DNA of 64,000 nucleotides, taken from NCBI GenBank assembly GCA_013239625.1, contig MU054187.1, positions 18,778,711 through 18,842,710 on the forward strand. The letters run 5' to 3'. Every line of letters begins with the position of its first letter. The stretch's first letter is position 1. The notes below the pieces were generated by a model, which saw nothing but the letters and a program-made list of their open reading frames with translations, was not told the origin of the DNA and searched no databases. This DNA comes from Lama guanicoe (lineage: Eukaryota). This document shows positions 23,266-35,279 of the stretch, in pieces. Both the position numbers and the translations under genes were made by a program.

Positions 23266-24219
23266 GTTATTGTCAGTCCACCAAGGCTGGGGCCTAGTTG
23301 CAGCTCCTTCCCAGTATGTCCGTCCAGAAGTCCACATTGATTCATGTTTTCTTAGACCTACTACACCAGTCATAATTTACCATTACTTACTCACTACCTT
23401 ATATTAGTCACGGTTTTATTTTTATCTGTTCCTTTTCAACTTCATTGCAGACTCATTGAAGATAAAATCTATAGCTGGGTCTTTTCTCATCTAGTATTTA
23501 GGGTTAAATTTGTATAAATACATACATAAATACTCAATTTATTCAATAGGAGACAGAGATTGTATATAACAAAATTTAATGTTCAAATTCTATTACTGTA
23601 GATTTTCCTAGGATTTTAAAAGAAATTATTCTTTGCTTTCTCTACTCATGGAAATAGTTTTTCTATTTATGCAACATAATACAGGAAATGCAACAGAATA
23701 CATAAACATTATACAGTGAAACAGATCAATAGTAAAACTTGATGAAGACTGTAAATTACAGGTCTAATACTCAAACTCAAATATTTTACCTCTCTTTCTC
23801 CTGTTCCTCAGTGGCATCAAAACAGATTCACTCAAAGTAATCCAGAGTACATGTGAGTTTATCATCCTCATGTGCTCAAGGATAAGAAGTCATATTCTCT
23901 AAGTTCATTTAACTGATGCCATTTTATCTACTTTCACCTTCCACAGTGACACAGGACTTTAATATTTAGAAAAAATAGAATCTTGGTGGACCCATATTTA
24001 AAGAACATGTAAAATGATAATGATTGTAAAAGTAAGTAAATAATAAAACCACAAGCCCAGTCATAAGAAAAATATTAGCCCAGGTAAGAGCCATCATCCG
24101 GATCCCATCTTCTCTTGGAAGGCAGGAATACAATGTTTATTTCTTTGAGTAATGTTGTTTTCTGGTTGTAAAATTCATACATTTTTATAGAAAAAAATTT
24201 AAGAAAATACTAAAGTATA

Positions 24220-24618
24220 TGTTATGAACTGAATTGCACCTTGCCTCTACCTCAATTCCCCAAACTCATGCATTGAAGACCTAACACTAGTACCTCAGGA
24301 TGGAATTGTATCTGGAGATAACATCTTTAAAGAAGAGATGATTAAGTTAAAATAAAGTCTTTACGGTGGGTCCTAATCCAGTTGGACTGGTGTCTTTATA
24401 AGAAAGGAGATTGGGACACAGATACCACCCAGACCAAGGACTTCTGTGTGAAGACCCAGAGGAAGAAGGCAGCCATCTGTGAGGCAGGGAGAGAGGACTC
24501 AGAAGACACCAAATCTGCTGACACCTTTCTAGCCTCCAGAATTGTGAGAAATATAATTCTGTTGTTTAAGCCACCCAATCTTTGGTATTTTTGTTATGGT
24601 AATGCTGATACTAATACA
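24220..24618 (+). mobile_element. MaLR solo LTR (MLT1B-like)
   Basis: tgttatgaactgaattg..ggtgggtcctaatcca..gactggtgtctttataagaa..tagcctccagaattgtgagaaa..ctaataca. Confidence 0.88.
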
Positions 24619-24693
24619 TCATATACATAAGAAATTTATATTTTCCTTATAATCTCTCCCTTAGACTAAAACAATACTTTTAAGAGTTTAGTA

Positions 24694-24922
24694 CACTTGA
24701 CTCTCGAATAGCATGGATTTGCATTGCATGGATCCACTTATACACGGATTTGTTTTCAATAGGAAATACTATAGTACTTCAGGATTGGAGGTTGGTTGAA
24801 TCAGCAGAAGCAGAGGAGCCAAGGATGCAAGAGGGCTGACTATAAGTTATACTTACACTATCAGTTATTTTTGTGTGTTGTGGGTGGGCACCCTAACACC
24901 CACATTGTTCAAGGGTCAACTG
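24694..24922. mobile_element. Tigger2-family MITE (MER8-like), TcMar-Tigger
   Basis: Imperfect TIRs cacttgactctcgaatag / ttgttcaagggtcaactg, TA duplication at 24692-24693 and 24923-24924. Confidence 0.8.
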
Positions 24923-26094
24923 TATATCCTTTCAGTGCTTTCTAGTATAGATGGGTTCATAGTATAAATCCAGTTATGTAACATTTATCACATTTCCCCA
25001 TGAAATATATACAAATATACAATATCCTTTTTCACAGGCTCACAGTCTTCCACTGCTTTTAACTAATCTCTATCAATAGGCATTAGTTTGATTCACAGTA
25101 TTCCATTCCATTGTCTTCAACCCTTTTTAACCATTTAGTTTGCTTGTTTATTTTGTCTTTGTCCTAATTATAAACACTGCACAAAGAACATATATATTCT
25201 TGTCCCTACATCTGTATGCTCTTGACAGATTAAGAAACATGATTTAAATTTTTTCCTCCTGATTATGTATTCATTGAAAACAATCACAGAAATAAGCAAA
25301 ATCTCAAAGAAAAATCACCCATAAACTCAACAGTCAGAGACAACCACTCATAACATAAGGATCTATATCCTTCCAAATTCTCTGTTTATCTATATGAATT
25401 ATTTTATCTTTTTACTGAAGTATAGTTGATTTACAATATTATATTAGTTTTATATATATTTTCATAGATTATACCCCATTTGAAGTTTTTATAAGACAAT
25501 TATCCATATGGTTTAAAAGAATAACTATATTCATGTGTTTCTCAGTATAGTCAAAATTCAAAAATTCCTTTGTTCCCATTGCATCCAATGATGTGATTAT
25601 GAGCTCTCATGAAAAAAAAAAAAAAGGTTTGCCTTGGAATATACACCTGGAACTGAATGTATTAGAAAATGTATGTGCAGTTGTGAATGTTGCATTACCT
25701 GTTCCTTTAAACCCTTTGGAGTCCAACTATTTTTCAGTAATGAAAACATCTACAATCCTCCAGGGCTGAGCCATGCCAGGTGCTGAAGACAAGTTTGGGT
25801 AGAAGAGTAGGGCCAGCCAAGCGGTGTCAAGCGGTGTCTGAGCTCATCTGCAAACACCTCTGGAGAGAAGCCGGGTTACTATCTTTCCACTTCCTCTGGG
25901 GAGGTGGGAGTTGGGCTCTTCTGTCCTGGGAAGGACAGAAAAGCTATACCAAGATTTCTAATTCTAAAGTTTCCCTTTCTCATTCCCTTGGAATGATGGT
26001 TTAGGAGGAATTCAAACTTCCATTTAAAGTACATACAATACTTTGGGTTTTTTTTTTCAGATTTACATTTTATTATATATATATATATACATAT

Positions 26095-26290
26095 ATTTAT
26101 TGAAGTATAGTCAGTTTACAATGTTATGTCAATTTCTGGTGTACAGCACAATATTTCAGTCATACAGGAATATATATATATTCATACTCTTTTTCACCAT
26201 AGGATACTACAAGATATTCAGTATGGTTCCCTCTGCTATACAACATAAACTCGTTTATCTATTTTATATGTATTAGTTAGTGTCTGCAAA
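26095..26290 (-). mobile_element. L1 3' tail fragment
   Basis: ttgaagtatagtcagtttacaatgtt..tcaatttctggtgtacagca..ttccctctgctataca. Confidence 0.85.
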
Positions 26291-28825
26291 TATTACATAT
26301 AATACTTTGAAAGAGAGCAAATGATAAATTGTAATTTGGAGTGGGTCACCTGATCTTAACTTACTTTCTATGTATGAAATTTCTAGTTTGCCAAGAAGTT
26401 GCATCCTCTGTAAAGTGAGGACCATGGGCCAGGTGATTTCTACAATTCTTCCCAGCTGTAAGCTACAAACCTCCAGGACCCTAACTCTAATCCTTACCTG
26501 AGTGATACTGTCACACCTTGACCAGCACAAAACACGCTCTTGATAAACGTCTGTTGAGTTAAATTAAACAGGGACAGAAAAGATGGGCGTTAATTAGATT
26601 AATTACTTTATAAAAAATAAATTGAGACTCTCTATAAAAGACTGAAAAAAGGCAAATTCCACTGTAGCAGGATGTCTGGGAATTATTTCACTCCTAATTA
26701 GTCTTAAGTTGATGATTGCCAACGTGTTGACTAGAAATAGAATTAGAGCCTCAAATATAACCAGATAGAGGAAACAGATAATAAAGTTTGAATTCATTCT
26801 AACTAGACACTGAAAGTTCAGCAAATCAGGAAAGAATCCACTTCAGATATTCAAGAAAGATGGGAGGCACCTAGTGGATCAAAAGGAATGACCTCCATGT
26901 TTACTTTATCTCACCCTCCTTTATTATCAAAACCAAACTAGTAGGAGTTCTGATCCTCCAACTCACATACTAACATCTTGTTCTATGTGCTGCCCTTTGA
27001 TGACTTTTTGTCCTCAGGATTTTTCACTTAACCAGGTTTCCTTCTCTAAATACACTGAATGGGGGCCTGGGATAACCCAGACTTGGAACTTGTCCCAGGT
27101 CACCCCCTCTTAAGGTGAAATGGACGAGACCTGAAGGCACTGGTGTGGAAAATCGGGAGTGAACTCACGGGAGCCACATAGACACCAAGGCTGATACAAA
27201 CTTGAATGTCCTCCACAATATATTCTCATACTTTTAGATTATGTCTTTAAAGAGAAATTATATTAAGAGGAAAAATCGAGTAATTATGGGATCTGAAAAA
27301 TCAAAGTCTCCTGACACTTTAACTCAATTACAAAGTCAAAAATTTTTTTTAGTTTGAAGTGAAAGTGGAGAATTGTCTCAATGCTTCACTTTCCACCACA
27401 TGTTTGGTTTCAGTCCATCTAACTCAGTATCTCAAACATCCACAGGACATATATGACTTTAAGAACACAAACGCCAACCACTGTCATCAGGTCAACATTG
27501 ACTATGACATACTTCATTTTACCAAGCAATTACAGGTGTGAGGCAGCTCCAGGTGCATTTAATCTTTGAAAAGATTTATGGTTATCTGCAGGTGGTATGT
27601 ATGATTATTCACACAAATGAATATATGAGACGTGCGTCTTAAGAAAATGTGTGTTGTCTTTCTTGTCAAGTCTGCCAGAGCAAACGAGTACAGTTATCGC
27701 GAAAATGCCTGTGAAATTATCTCGTGGGAAAAATTCAGACCCATTATACCTGTCACCATGGAGTATTCTGTGCCTGTGATAGACTGTTTGAAAAACAGAA
27801 TTGAAATGATACTCAGGCAGACCTCATCTACCAATGTGTCCAGTTGGTACAGTGTGTACCCGCCTCACATAGCATGACGTCAGTCACTAAGGCAATCCCG
27901 GTAAATCATATTTACTTTAACTTGCAGAGCATTCCACTTATTTGCTTCCCTTTATAAACCTTTAGGGTTTCCAGATTGTGCCAAATGGGCCATCTGAACC
28001 CATGTGCGGAGTGTACAGTCTTTGAGGTACTCACACATTGTTGACTGTCTGCCTGTGGGGAGTCTTTCTGGAATGTAAAACTGTGTTCACACCCTAGGAG
28101 GTCCTTTGCAGCCAAGGTCTCTCCTGCCAGACCATCAGCAATGCGAGTTCAGGAAATGTAGGCTTGGTCTCTTTGCTTGGCAATTATATTCACACAATAA
28201 ATGTTAGTTGCATAAGCAATTATATCCATTAAAAAGAATAATTCTCAGAATAAAGTTCATTTATGCTTTTCCTCTCAAGCTTGAATTAATATGTTCTGCT
28301 GCTAATAAGGGCATTTGTGCTTGAGATGAAGGCTCTTTTTTCCTAAAGATAATGGAATAAAAGTTATCCTTCCTTAGGGCTATCGTTTAGCACAGAACTT
28401 GACTCATCTTGGGTTCAGTAAATTGTTATTGACTTAAATGGGACTTAGCCGTCCTACATATTACGATTCATTTCCTCAGATGATAATAATTTTACCCTGC
28501 TAAGTACTTTCAAACTCAAATTATATAGGAAAATAATTTTTAAGTGATAGAAATAATATCTAAAGTGCCTAGAAAAAAATACTCGGCAACTAGCAATTAT
28601 TCAATACTTATTCTTTCCCTCCCTCATACATATTTTTAAAGAATAAGGAAAACCCTAGCTCTGAAGGTTGGTGGAAAATATGAAATCAATTTTAGTAGAG
28701 GACAAATGGCCAAAAGAAAAGGTTAGTATTATTGTTTAACCTAGCAAAGAGGTTTAACTGTCTCACCAGAATTTTAAAATGTCACCCTGCGATTTCTTGG
28801 CATCATAATGAAAATACATCTAAAT

Positions 28826-29016
28826 TAAAGTTGCCGATAAAATACTGAACACCTAGTTAAGTCTGAATTTCAGGTAAACAATAAATAATTTTCTAGCATA
28901 AGTGTGTCCCACGTAATATTTAGGACATACTTATGCTTAAAAAAAACTATTAGTTATTTGTTATTCAAACTTAACTGGGCACCCTGTACGTTTATTTACT
29001 AAATCTGGCAACTCTA
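28826..29016. mobile_element. MER53 palindromic hAT MITE
   Basis: Ends taaagttgcc / ggcaactcta; central inverted repeat agcataagtgtgtccca..ttaggacatacttatgct. Confidence 0.9.
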
Positions 29017-30166
29017 ACAGCAACGAGTACCAGCAATCTGAAAAACAGTATTCTTTGATGAGCCCTCCTTTTTTTTTCAAAGAATGTTTGATTGGCAGTC
29101 GATCAATTTCTTTAAAGTTTTGAAGCTAATTTTTTCCTCATCCTAAACCGATGGTTAGTTTGCATAATGGCCCTGTGATTTCACCTTCATTTAAAAAAAT
29201 GCTCGAAAATCAAAACGTCTATTTTGACTTTCCGTGGTCACTAGATTGTGGCTTGCAAAAAAGGAACAGTTGTTTGGTCCTGGCTAAAAGCCAGACATTT
29301 GGTGTAGAATTATCAGTTGCTCATTCTCCTAGAAGTTTCAGTGGAAGCTTGTAAAGTGGGTTTTCCTTATTGGTTTGGATCAAGTAGCCAGGAGACCATT
29401 TACGTGGCTGTTTATTTTCATCGCATAGTGAAGAGCCCCAAGCATTCACACTGAAGAACACAGTGCTAAGCTTGATAAGCAGTGTGGCTCCGGGATACCA
29501 ACCGGCCTGTGACCTCAGGGGTGAGCCCTGAGTCACAGAGCAGAGGGGCCGTGAGCCAAGTCTGGATGGAGGTCTTGGCAGGGCACTGCCAGCAAAGAAA
29601 GACAAACCAGAAGTTTTACTAAATTGGTCATTTTTATGGACACTTTTTTTTTATTACTCACTGCTCTCAAGCAACCAAATAAATCATCTCATGCCTGAAA
29701 TCTAAAATTCCAAAGAGCTGGTAGGTAAGCAGCTGTGGGCGGCAGAGGCCTCTTGCCAACATAAAACCCTCAGGACATTCCGGGTCCTTCGCCAGCTCCC
29801 CAAAGCCCTCTTTCCTTTCTTCTCTGAGCCCTGGGGATTGGCCAGCCTGTTTCCTTTCCACTGTTACCACCTGTCATTTCCAACTGCGTTTATCTCCTCC
29901 CTCAGTGGAGTCAGGGGCAGCTTCTGACCTACCTTCTTCACACCAACTGTCATTTAGTGACGGCTCACCGAGTATCAGGCTCTCTTCTGTGAGCTTTATA
30001 TCCTAATATTGTTTAATCTGTACCACAACCTTGAGAGAGGCATCTCTGCCTTCCACCTTACTGAGGAGGAACTGAAGTTCTGAGAGGTCGAATAGCCTAC
30101 CAAAGATCATAAGTCATGATGATGCCCTTTGAATACAGTTATCTCCATTCATTTCCCAAGACAGGC

Positions 30167-30221
30167 AACATCCCTTGTCTAAGTGACACTTGTCACACTT
30201 GTCACTTAGACAAGGGATGTT
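30167..30221. repeat. Perfect 22-bp inverted repeat, 11-nt loop
   Basis: aacatcccttgtctaagtgaca (30167-30188) and its exact reverse complement (30200-30221). Confidence 0.97.
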
Positions 30222-30384
30222 TCTTTATGCCAGTAAAGCCATAAGAAATGGGCTTTCCCTAAATCAGAACCAAATCTTCTTACAGGAAAACACAGAGACC
30301 TCAGAGCTGATAATAGTGGACCCTTAAGGCTTAATGAGAATTTCTGAGGTGAGATGTGGAGAAAGGTAAGAGATCTGGTAAAGA

Positions 30385-31393
30385 AGTGGTTTTCAACTTT
30401 GATGTTACAAGAATCATCCAGGGGACTTGTTAAAACACAGAAAAAATTTACATGTTTTAAAAACCCCATAAAATTATTAAACATATAAATTCTTCTATTC
30501 ATATATAGCCTTAAATTGACTTAGCCACATTACATACATTTAGAACATTAATGGGATGGTAGTAACTTTATCCTGTTTACTTTTTCCTAGCTGAAATTAT
30601 ACAGGAAAACACTTTAAAAATAATAAAATATGTGATAGTGCCTAAGAAAATGCCTGACATGTTGCTAACAGTAGCTCAAACTCCAGGGGTCATGAGAGAA
30701 AAGATAGATCTTTTTGAATTCATAAAATAATTTTGAAGTCTGCATGGAGTAAAAACATAAATAAAAAAGTAAGTGATAAATTTTGGTGCAAATATGTACA
30801 GTAAAAACCATATATATCATGGTATGTCCATTCAGTGGAAAAATAAACAGTTGTAAAAAAGAATGTAGAGACTCCCTTGTACTGATATGAAAAGATTTCC
30901 AAGAGATGTCAATAAATGAAATAAATGAATAGAGCATGGTGAAGAGCAGTGTGCATGGTACACTTTTGTGCTTCTTTTGTGTAAAATGGGAAAATGAGTG
31001 GGGAGGATAGGAATATATATATGTGTGTATATATGTTGTATTATACATATATATTTAGAGAAAGAGAGAGAGAGAGACTCTGAAAAGAAGTCTCTATAGT
31101 TGTCTATAAATAAGGAGTTGGGGAAATGGGAAGAGAAGAACTAAAAACAGAAAAAGAATTTTCCACCATATACCTTTGTGTATTTTTTGTTTTAAAGTGC
31201 AAGAATATATTATTTATTCAAAAAATAAAATAATTAAAATCTCATACAAATAACCTGCCACCCTAAAAAACTTCCAGAGACCAATTTTGGAGATTCTAAT
31301 TCAGCAGATGCAGCTCAGAGATCTGCATTTTTTATAAGTTCCCCTTGGGATGTTGATGTGGGTGATCTGATGAGGACCACACTTTGAGAAGCA
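30385..31393. mobile_element. MER5-like element split by an old L1 (L1ME-like) 3' fragment at about 30441-31250
   Basis: Left half agtggttttcaac..gaatcatccaggggacttgttaaaacacaga; right half gagattctaattcag..atctgcattttt..ggaccacactttgagaagca. Confidence 0.65.
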
Positions 31394-32502
31394 TAAGTAT
31401 GAAGGTTAGAGACCAACTGGGTGGCCAAACTGGAGTTCAGAGAGGCAGTAGAAGGGGAAAGAGGATGTCCCAAAAAGGTATTCCTCCAACTTCCCTTTTC
31501 CTCATCACTTCCTTTAGTACTATCCTCCTGCCATCACAGACCCCTCTGCCTGTCTGGGCATTAAGACAAGATAACTCTGTCCAGTTGCAGGTAGTCCCAG
31601 GGAACAGGATGGGGAGGAAGAAGAAATTTCAAGCTAAGTTAGAAGAGAGAAGAAGGACTTTTATAGGCACCTAGCCATCCAGACACTATTCTAGGTGATC
31701 ACAGATATGGAAATTGAGGATTATTAAAAATGTGTTTCTTTTACTATAATGTTTCACATGCTTTGTAATCACCTTTATTTTTCCATGATTCCAGTCTTTT
31801 CTTCTCTACTACTCTTGATCTTCCTTTGTTTTCTTCCTTTGTTTATAAAACCAAACAAAGAGGACATGTTGTGAACACACACAAACCACCCCCATAAAAC
31901 CCAGTGCCTGCCTTCTTTCACAATATAATTTATCTGTCAATAATTTTAGTTTATTCATAATTAAGCTTTGATTTTTCCTTTGTTGAGTCAAAATTTTGCA
32001 ATACTCATTTGGAAGCCAGGTGTGCATGGTGGTGGCTGTGAGAGTCAGAGGGCCTGCCCCTCAGCATAAAAGATTCCATTGAGCTGTCTTCTATTTTTTC
32101 ATCTCATCCATTCAGTCTTTTATTTCTTTCTTCCATAAATACTTGTTCGATCTATGCTAATTTCTGGGTACTCAAGGATAATTAGAAGTAAGATACGGCT
32201 CCAGTTATTAAAGACTCAAGTGGTAGAGTCACAATTCAAATCCAGCGGTGGCTTCCTTCAGTACTGGGAGGCGCAAGTGTAAAAAAGGAGATGCCAGTGA
32301 AGGTAATCAGGGTTCTGAAAGCAGTTTTTGCTCAGGCCACCCATATGACAGTGGAGGCACGGAGGCCCAAGTCAGTAACATCTGGCAGGGAGATGGGTGA
32401 GGTGAGCGCAGGTTAGGCTTTAGAAGCGAAGTATCACTGGACCTAATTTTCCCTTATTTAGCTAGGATGCAATCTAGTCATCTTTCTTAAGGGTGTGAGT
32501 GG

Positions 32503-32679
32503 TTTTTTTTTTTAAGGGCTAATAACCTTTACTTTATACAGATGTTTTAACTGGTGTTTCTTTCTTTCTTTTTTTTAAAATTTTTTGTATTTTTTTTTTT
32601 AATGGAGGTACTGGGGATTGAACCCAGGACTTCACACATGCTAAGCATGCACTCTACCACTGAGCTATTCCTATCCACC
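32503..32679 (-). mobile_element. Vic-1-type SINE with extra 3' segment inside the TSD
   Basis: SINE body about 32600-32679, two T tracts, flanking direct repeat ggtgtgagtg at 32492-32501 and 32683-32692. Confidence 0.85.
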
Positions 32680-32987
32680 GAAGGTGTGAGTGTTTTTTAA
32701 ACCTCTAGCTTGTTTTTTGTTTTGTTTTGCCACAAGAATCCTGCTTCCTCCTATGGAGTGTAGAAGATCTTTTCTGCTCTGCTTGGCATCACAATAATCT
32801 CGGTTTTCCTAACTTCCTGGTTCTTCATTCTATAGTAGGAAAGATGTAAGATCTGTTGACAGTCCAAGAACTAGCATCTTGCAACACAGCAAAAGCTTTA
32901 ACAATGGTTCTTCGCAAACATCTACAGGTACCTGTATTTTATAACCTACCACAAAGCTGTGACAAAACTGATTTATAGCATAAGTAG

Positions 32988-33152
32988 TTTCTTTCTTAAA
33001 AAATATATTATTTGTCTATTATTTACTTTATTTTGGCAGGGATGGGGGGAGGTAATCAGGTTTAACTTATTTTTAGAGGAGGTACTGGGCATTGAACCCA
33101 GGACCTCATGCATGCTAAGCATGCAGTTTACCACTTGAGCTATACCTTCCTC
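32988..33152 (-). mobile_element. Vic-1-type SINE
   Basis: ggaggtaatcaggttt..ttgaacccaggacctcatgcatgctaagcatg..ttgagctatacc. Confidence 0.9.
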
Positions 33153-33734
33153 TTGTAAATAGGTTCTTAAAGGAAACATTCCTCTTTTCTTTCTAAATAT
33201 TTTGAAAGCATTCCAATAAAGCTAAATAATTTTGAAAAATAGATGTTATTCACAGAAGTATAAATGGGATCACAGAGGAATCTCACTATTAGGAAATAAG
33301 GATGGTACTGACATAAGAAAATCTGTATAGATTCAGTGCACAGCAGCTGAATTTTGTGTGTGGTGGTGCACATGGCCTTCTACCAGTTTGCTCTTAAAAT
33401 TAAACATCTTCAGGGGAGGAAAGAGAGAAGGAACTGAGTTTTATTACACAGCCTTCTCTGTGCTTAGAATGTTCATTCTCGATCTTATTTAATTCTCATA
33501 ACAATCTTTAGGTGTAAATGATATTTTTCTGCACTTTCCTTTTAATCCTACAAAACTCACACTCCTTCTCAGGACAGTTACTAGTTAATTATTTGAAACA
33601 AACCCAAATAAAACAATAAGCTGTCTTAATATGATTCAATGGAATACCAGATTCTTACTCTCTTATATGTTCTTTCTGGACTTAGCAAGGCAGCAGCAAA
33701 ATCACACAGAAAGTACAGTTATTGAATCATATAG

Positions 33735-33838
33735 TAAAGAAAAATGATATGAAAATGAATATATGTATGTATATGTATGACTGAATCATTATGCTGTACA
33801 CCAGAAATTGACACAACATTGCAAACTTACATAAAAAA
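33735..33838 (+). mobile_element. L1 3' tail fragment
   Basis: gaaaatgaatatatgtatg..actgaatcattatgctgtacaccagaaattgacacaacattg. Confidence 0.8.
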
Positions 33839-34010
33839 AGCAATTATGTCAAAATCGAGTAAGTGTCTTAGAAAATGACATCAGGAAGATGTAGAAGGGA
33901 GGAGGAGTCCAGTGAGAGGAATTCAGTATGTACAAAGGCAAGGAGTTATGAAATAATGGGGGGAAAAAAACCAGAAGGAAGACTGTAAATGATTCAGAAT
34001 TGCTATAGAG

Positions 34011-35255
34011 TAGGGGTTGGCAAACTATGACCCATGGGCCAAATATGACCAATTGCTCAGTTTTATATGGTCTGGGAACTAAAAGTGTTTTTTTTTAAAC
34101 AACACTTTTAAATGTTCAGAAAACAATCACAAGAATATTTTATGACACATGAAAATTATATGAAAATCAAATTTTAGTGTTCATAAATATAGTCTTATTG
34201 GAACACAGACACTCATTCAATTACGTATTAAATATAGTTGCAACAACTGCAGAGTTGAGTAATTGAAACAGGGGAAGCATGAGGGCTCCCATTGCTCCTC
34301 ACTGCTGTTCAGTGTACTATAAATCACAGTATGCAGTTATAACTCTATAGCATTTTGAGCGTTACACATATCACTACACCAGAACACTTGTATTATTACA
34401 AATGCATACCTCTTATGTCAAAACAAGAAAAGAAGAGACAAGTAGGTTTGGAATGTCATGTTTTAAGGCAAAATGGAGACTGAATTATTTTATTATTATA
34501 TAGCAAAGCATTGTGTTTATTATGCAAAGACATGATAGCTATGCTGAAAGAATAAGAGATACATTGGTATTACCAGACTAAGCCCTTGTCATAATATTCC
34601 AAATCATAGGAGAGTCACAGTCAGAAAAAAATAGATAATTTTAATTTAAAACAGAATATCTCACCACAGCAAAATTTCTACACAAAAATAAAAATTTTAA
34701 ATGGGGCTGCAATCAAGGTAGGTTTCTGAGTGATTTGTTATTCACACAAAAAGCCGTTTACCAGTACAAGGTAATTAAATGGTGCTTGATTCCAGAAGCT
34801 GAAGAAATGTGTACATAAAAATAAACGTGTTTAAGACTATTAGCTTCTCGGTGAGAACAGTTGCTTGCAGAGTTGAGGACATGGGGAACAATGTCAATGG
34901 TTAATTTAAAAACAAGGCAACTGATTTTGCATTGTTTTCCTTGGCTCTTGATGTGCTGACAGATGTTACTGATCCTCTTCAATGGTCAATTATTCAAGGG
35001 GTCCACGCGAAGTTTGAAGTGACTAAAGAATTAGCCTCTGTGAAAAGTACGTGTGGAAAAGGTATATAGGCCAGATAGAAGTTGAGAAGCACTAATTCAG
35101 CATACCCTGAAGCAAAATCTGCTGTGATGTGTGTCAACTAATGATGGTAAAAATACGCGTGTCCCAGAAGAAGGCTCAGTTGGGCAAATTTACAAAGCTT
35201 GTAAAAAAAAAGGAAGGTTGTTCATCAGCGGCTCTTTTGCAGAAAATATCTGAAT
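34011..35255 (+). mobile_element. Cheshire/MER58-type hAT-Charlie transposon fossil with degraded transposase
   Basis: MER58-type left end aggggttggcaaactatg..gggccaaat; from about 34415 frameshifted hAT transposase-like blocks (MSKQEKKR, KALCLLCKD, FSLALDVLTDVTD). Confidence 0.8.
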
Positions 35256-35279
35256 GTATTACGTTTTATAAATGTATTT

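Noticed and set aside
26861..26878. CTCF-like CCACTAGGTGCCTC on the minus strand
   Set aside because: Breaks the GGC core; weaker than the 7734 site
29158..29171. SOX-OCT-like tttgcataatgg
   Set aside because: SOX half incomplete; only an octamer-like half site
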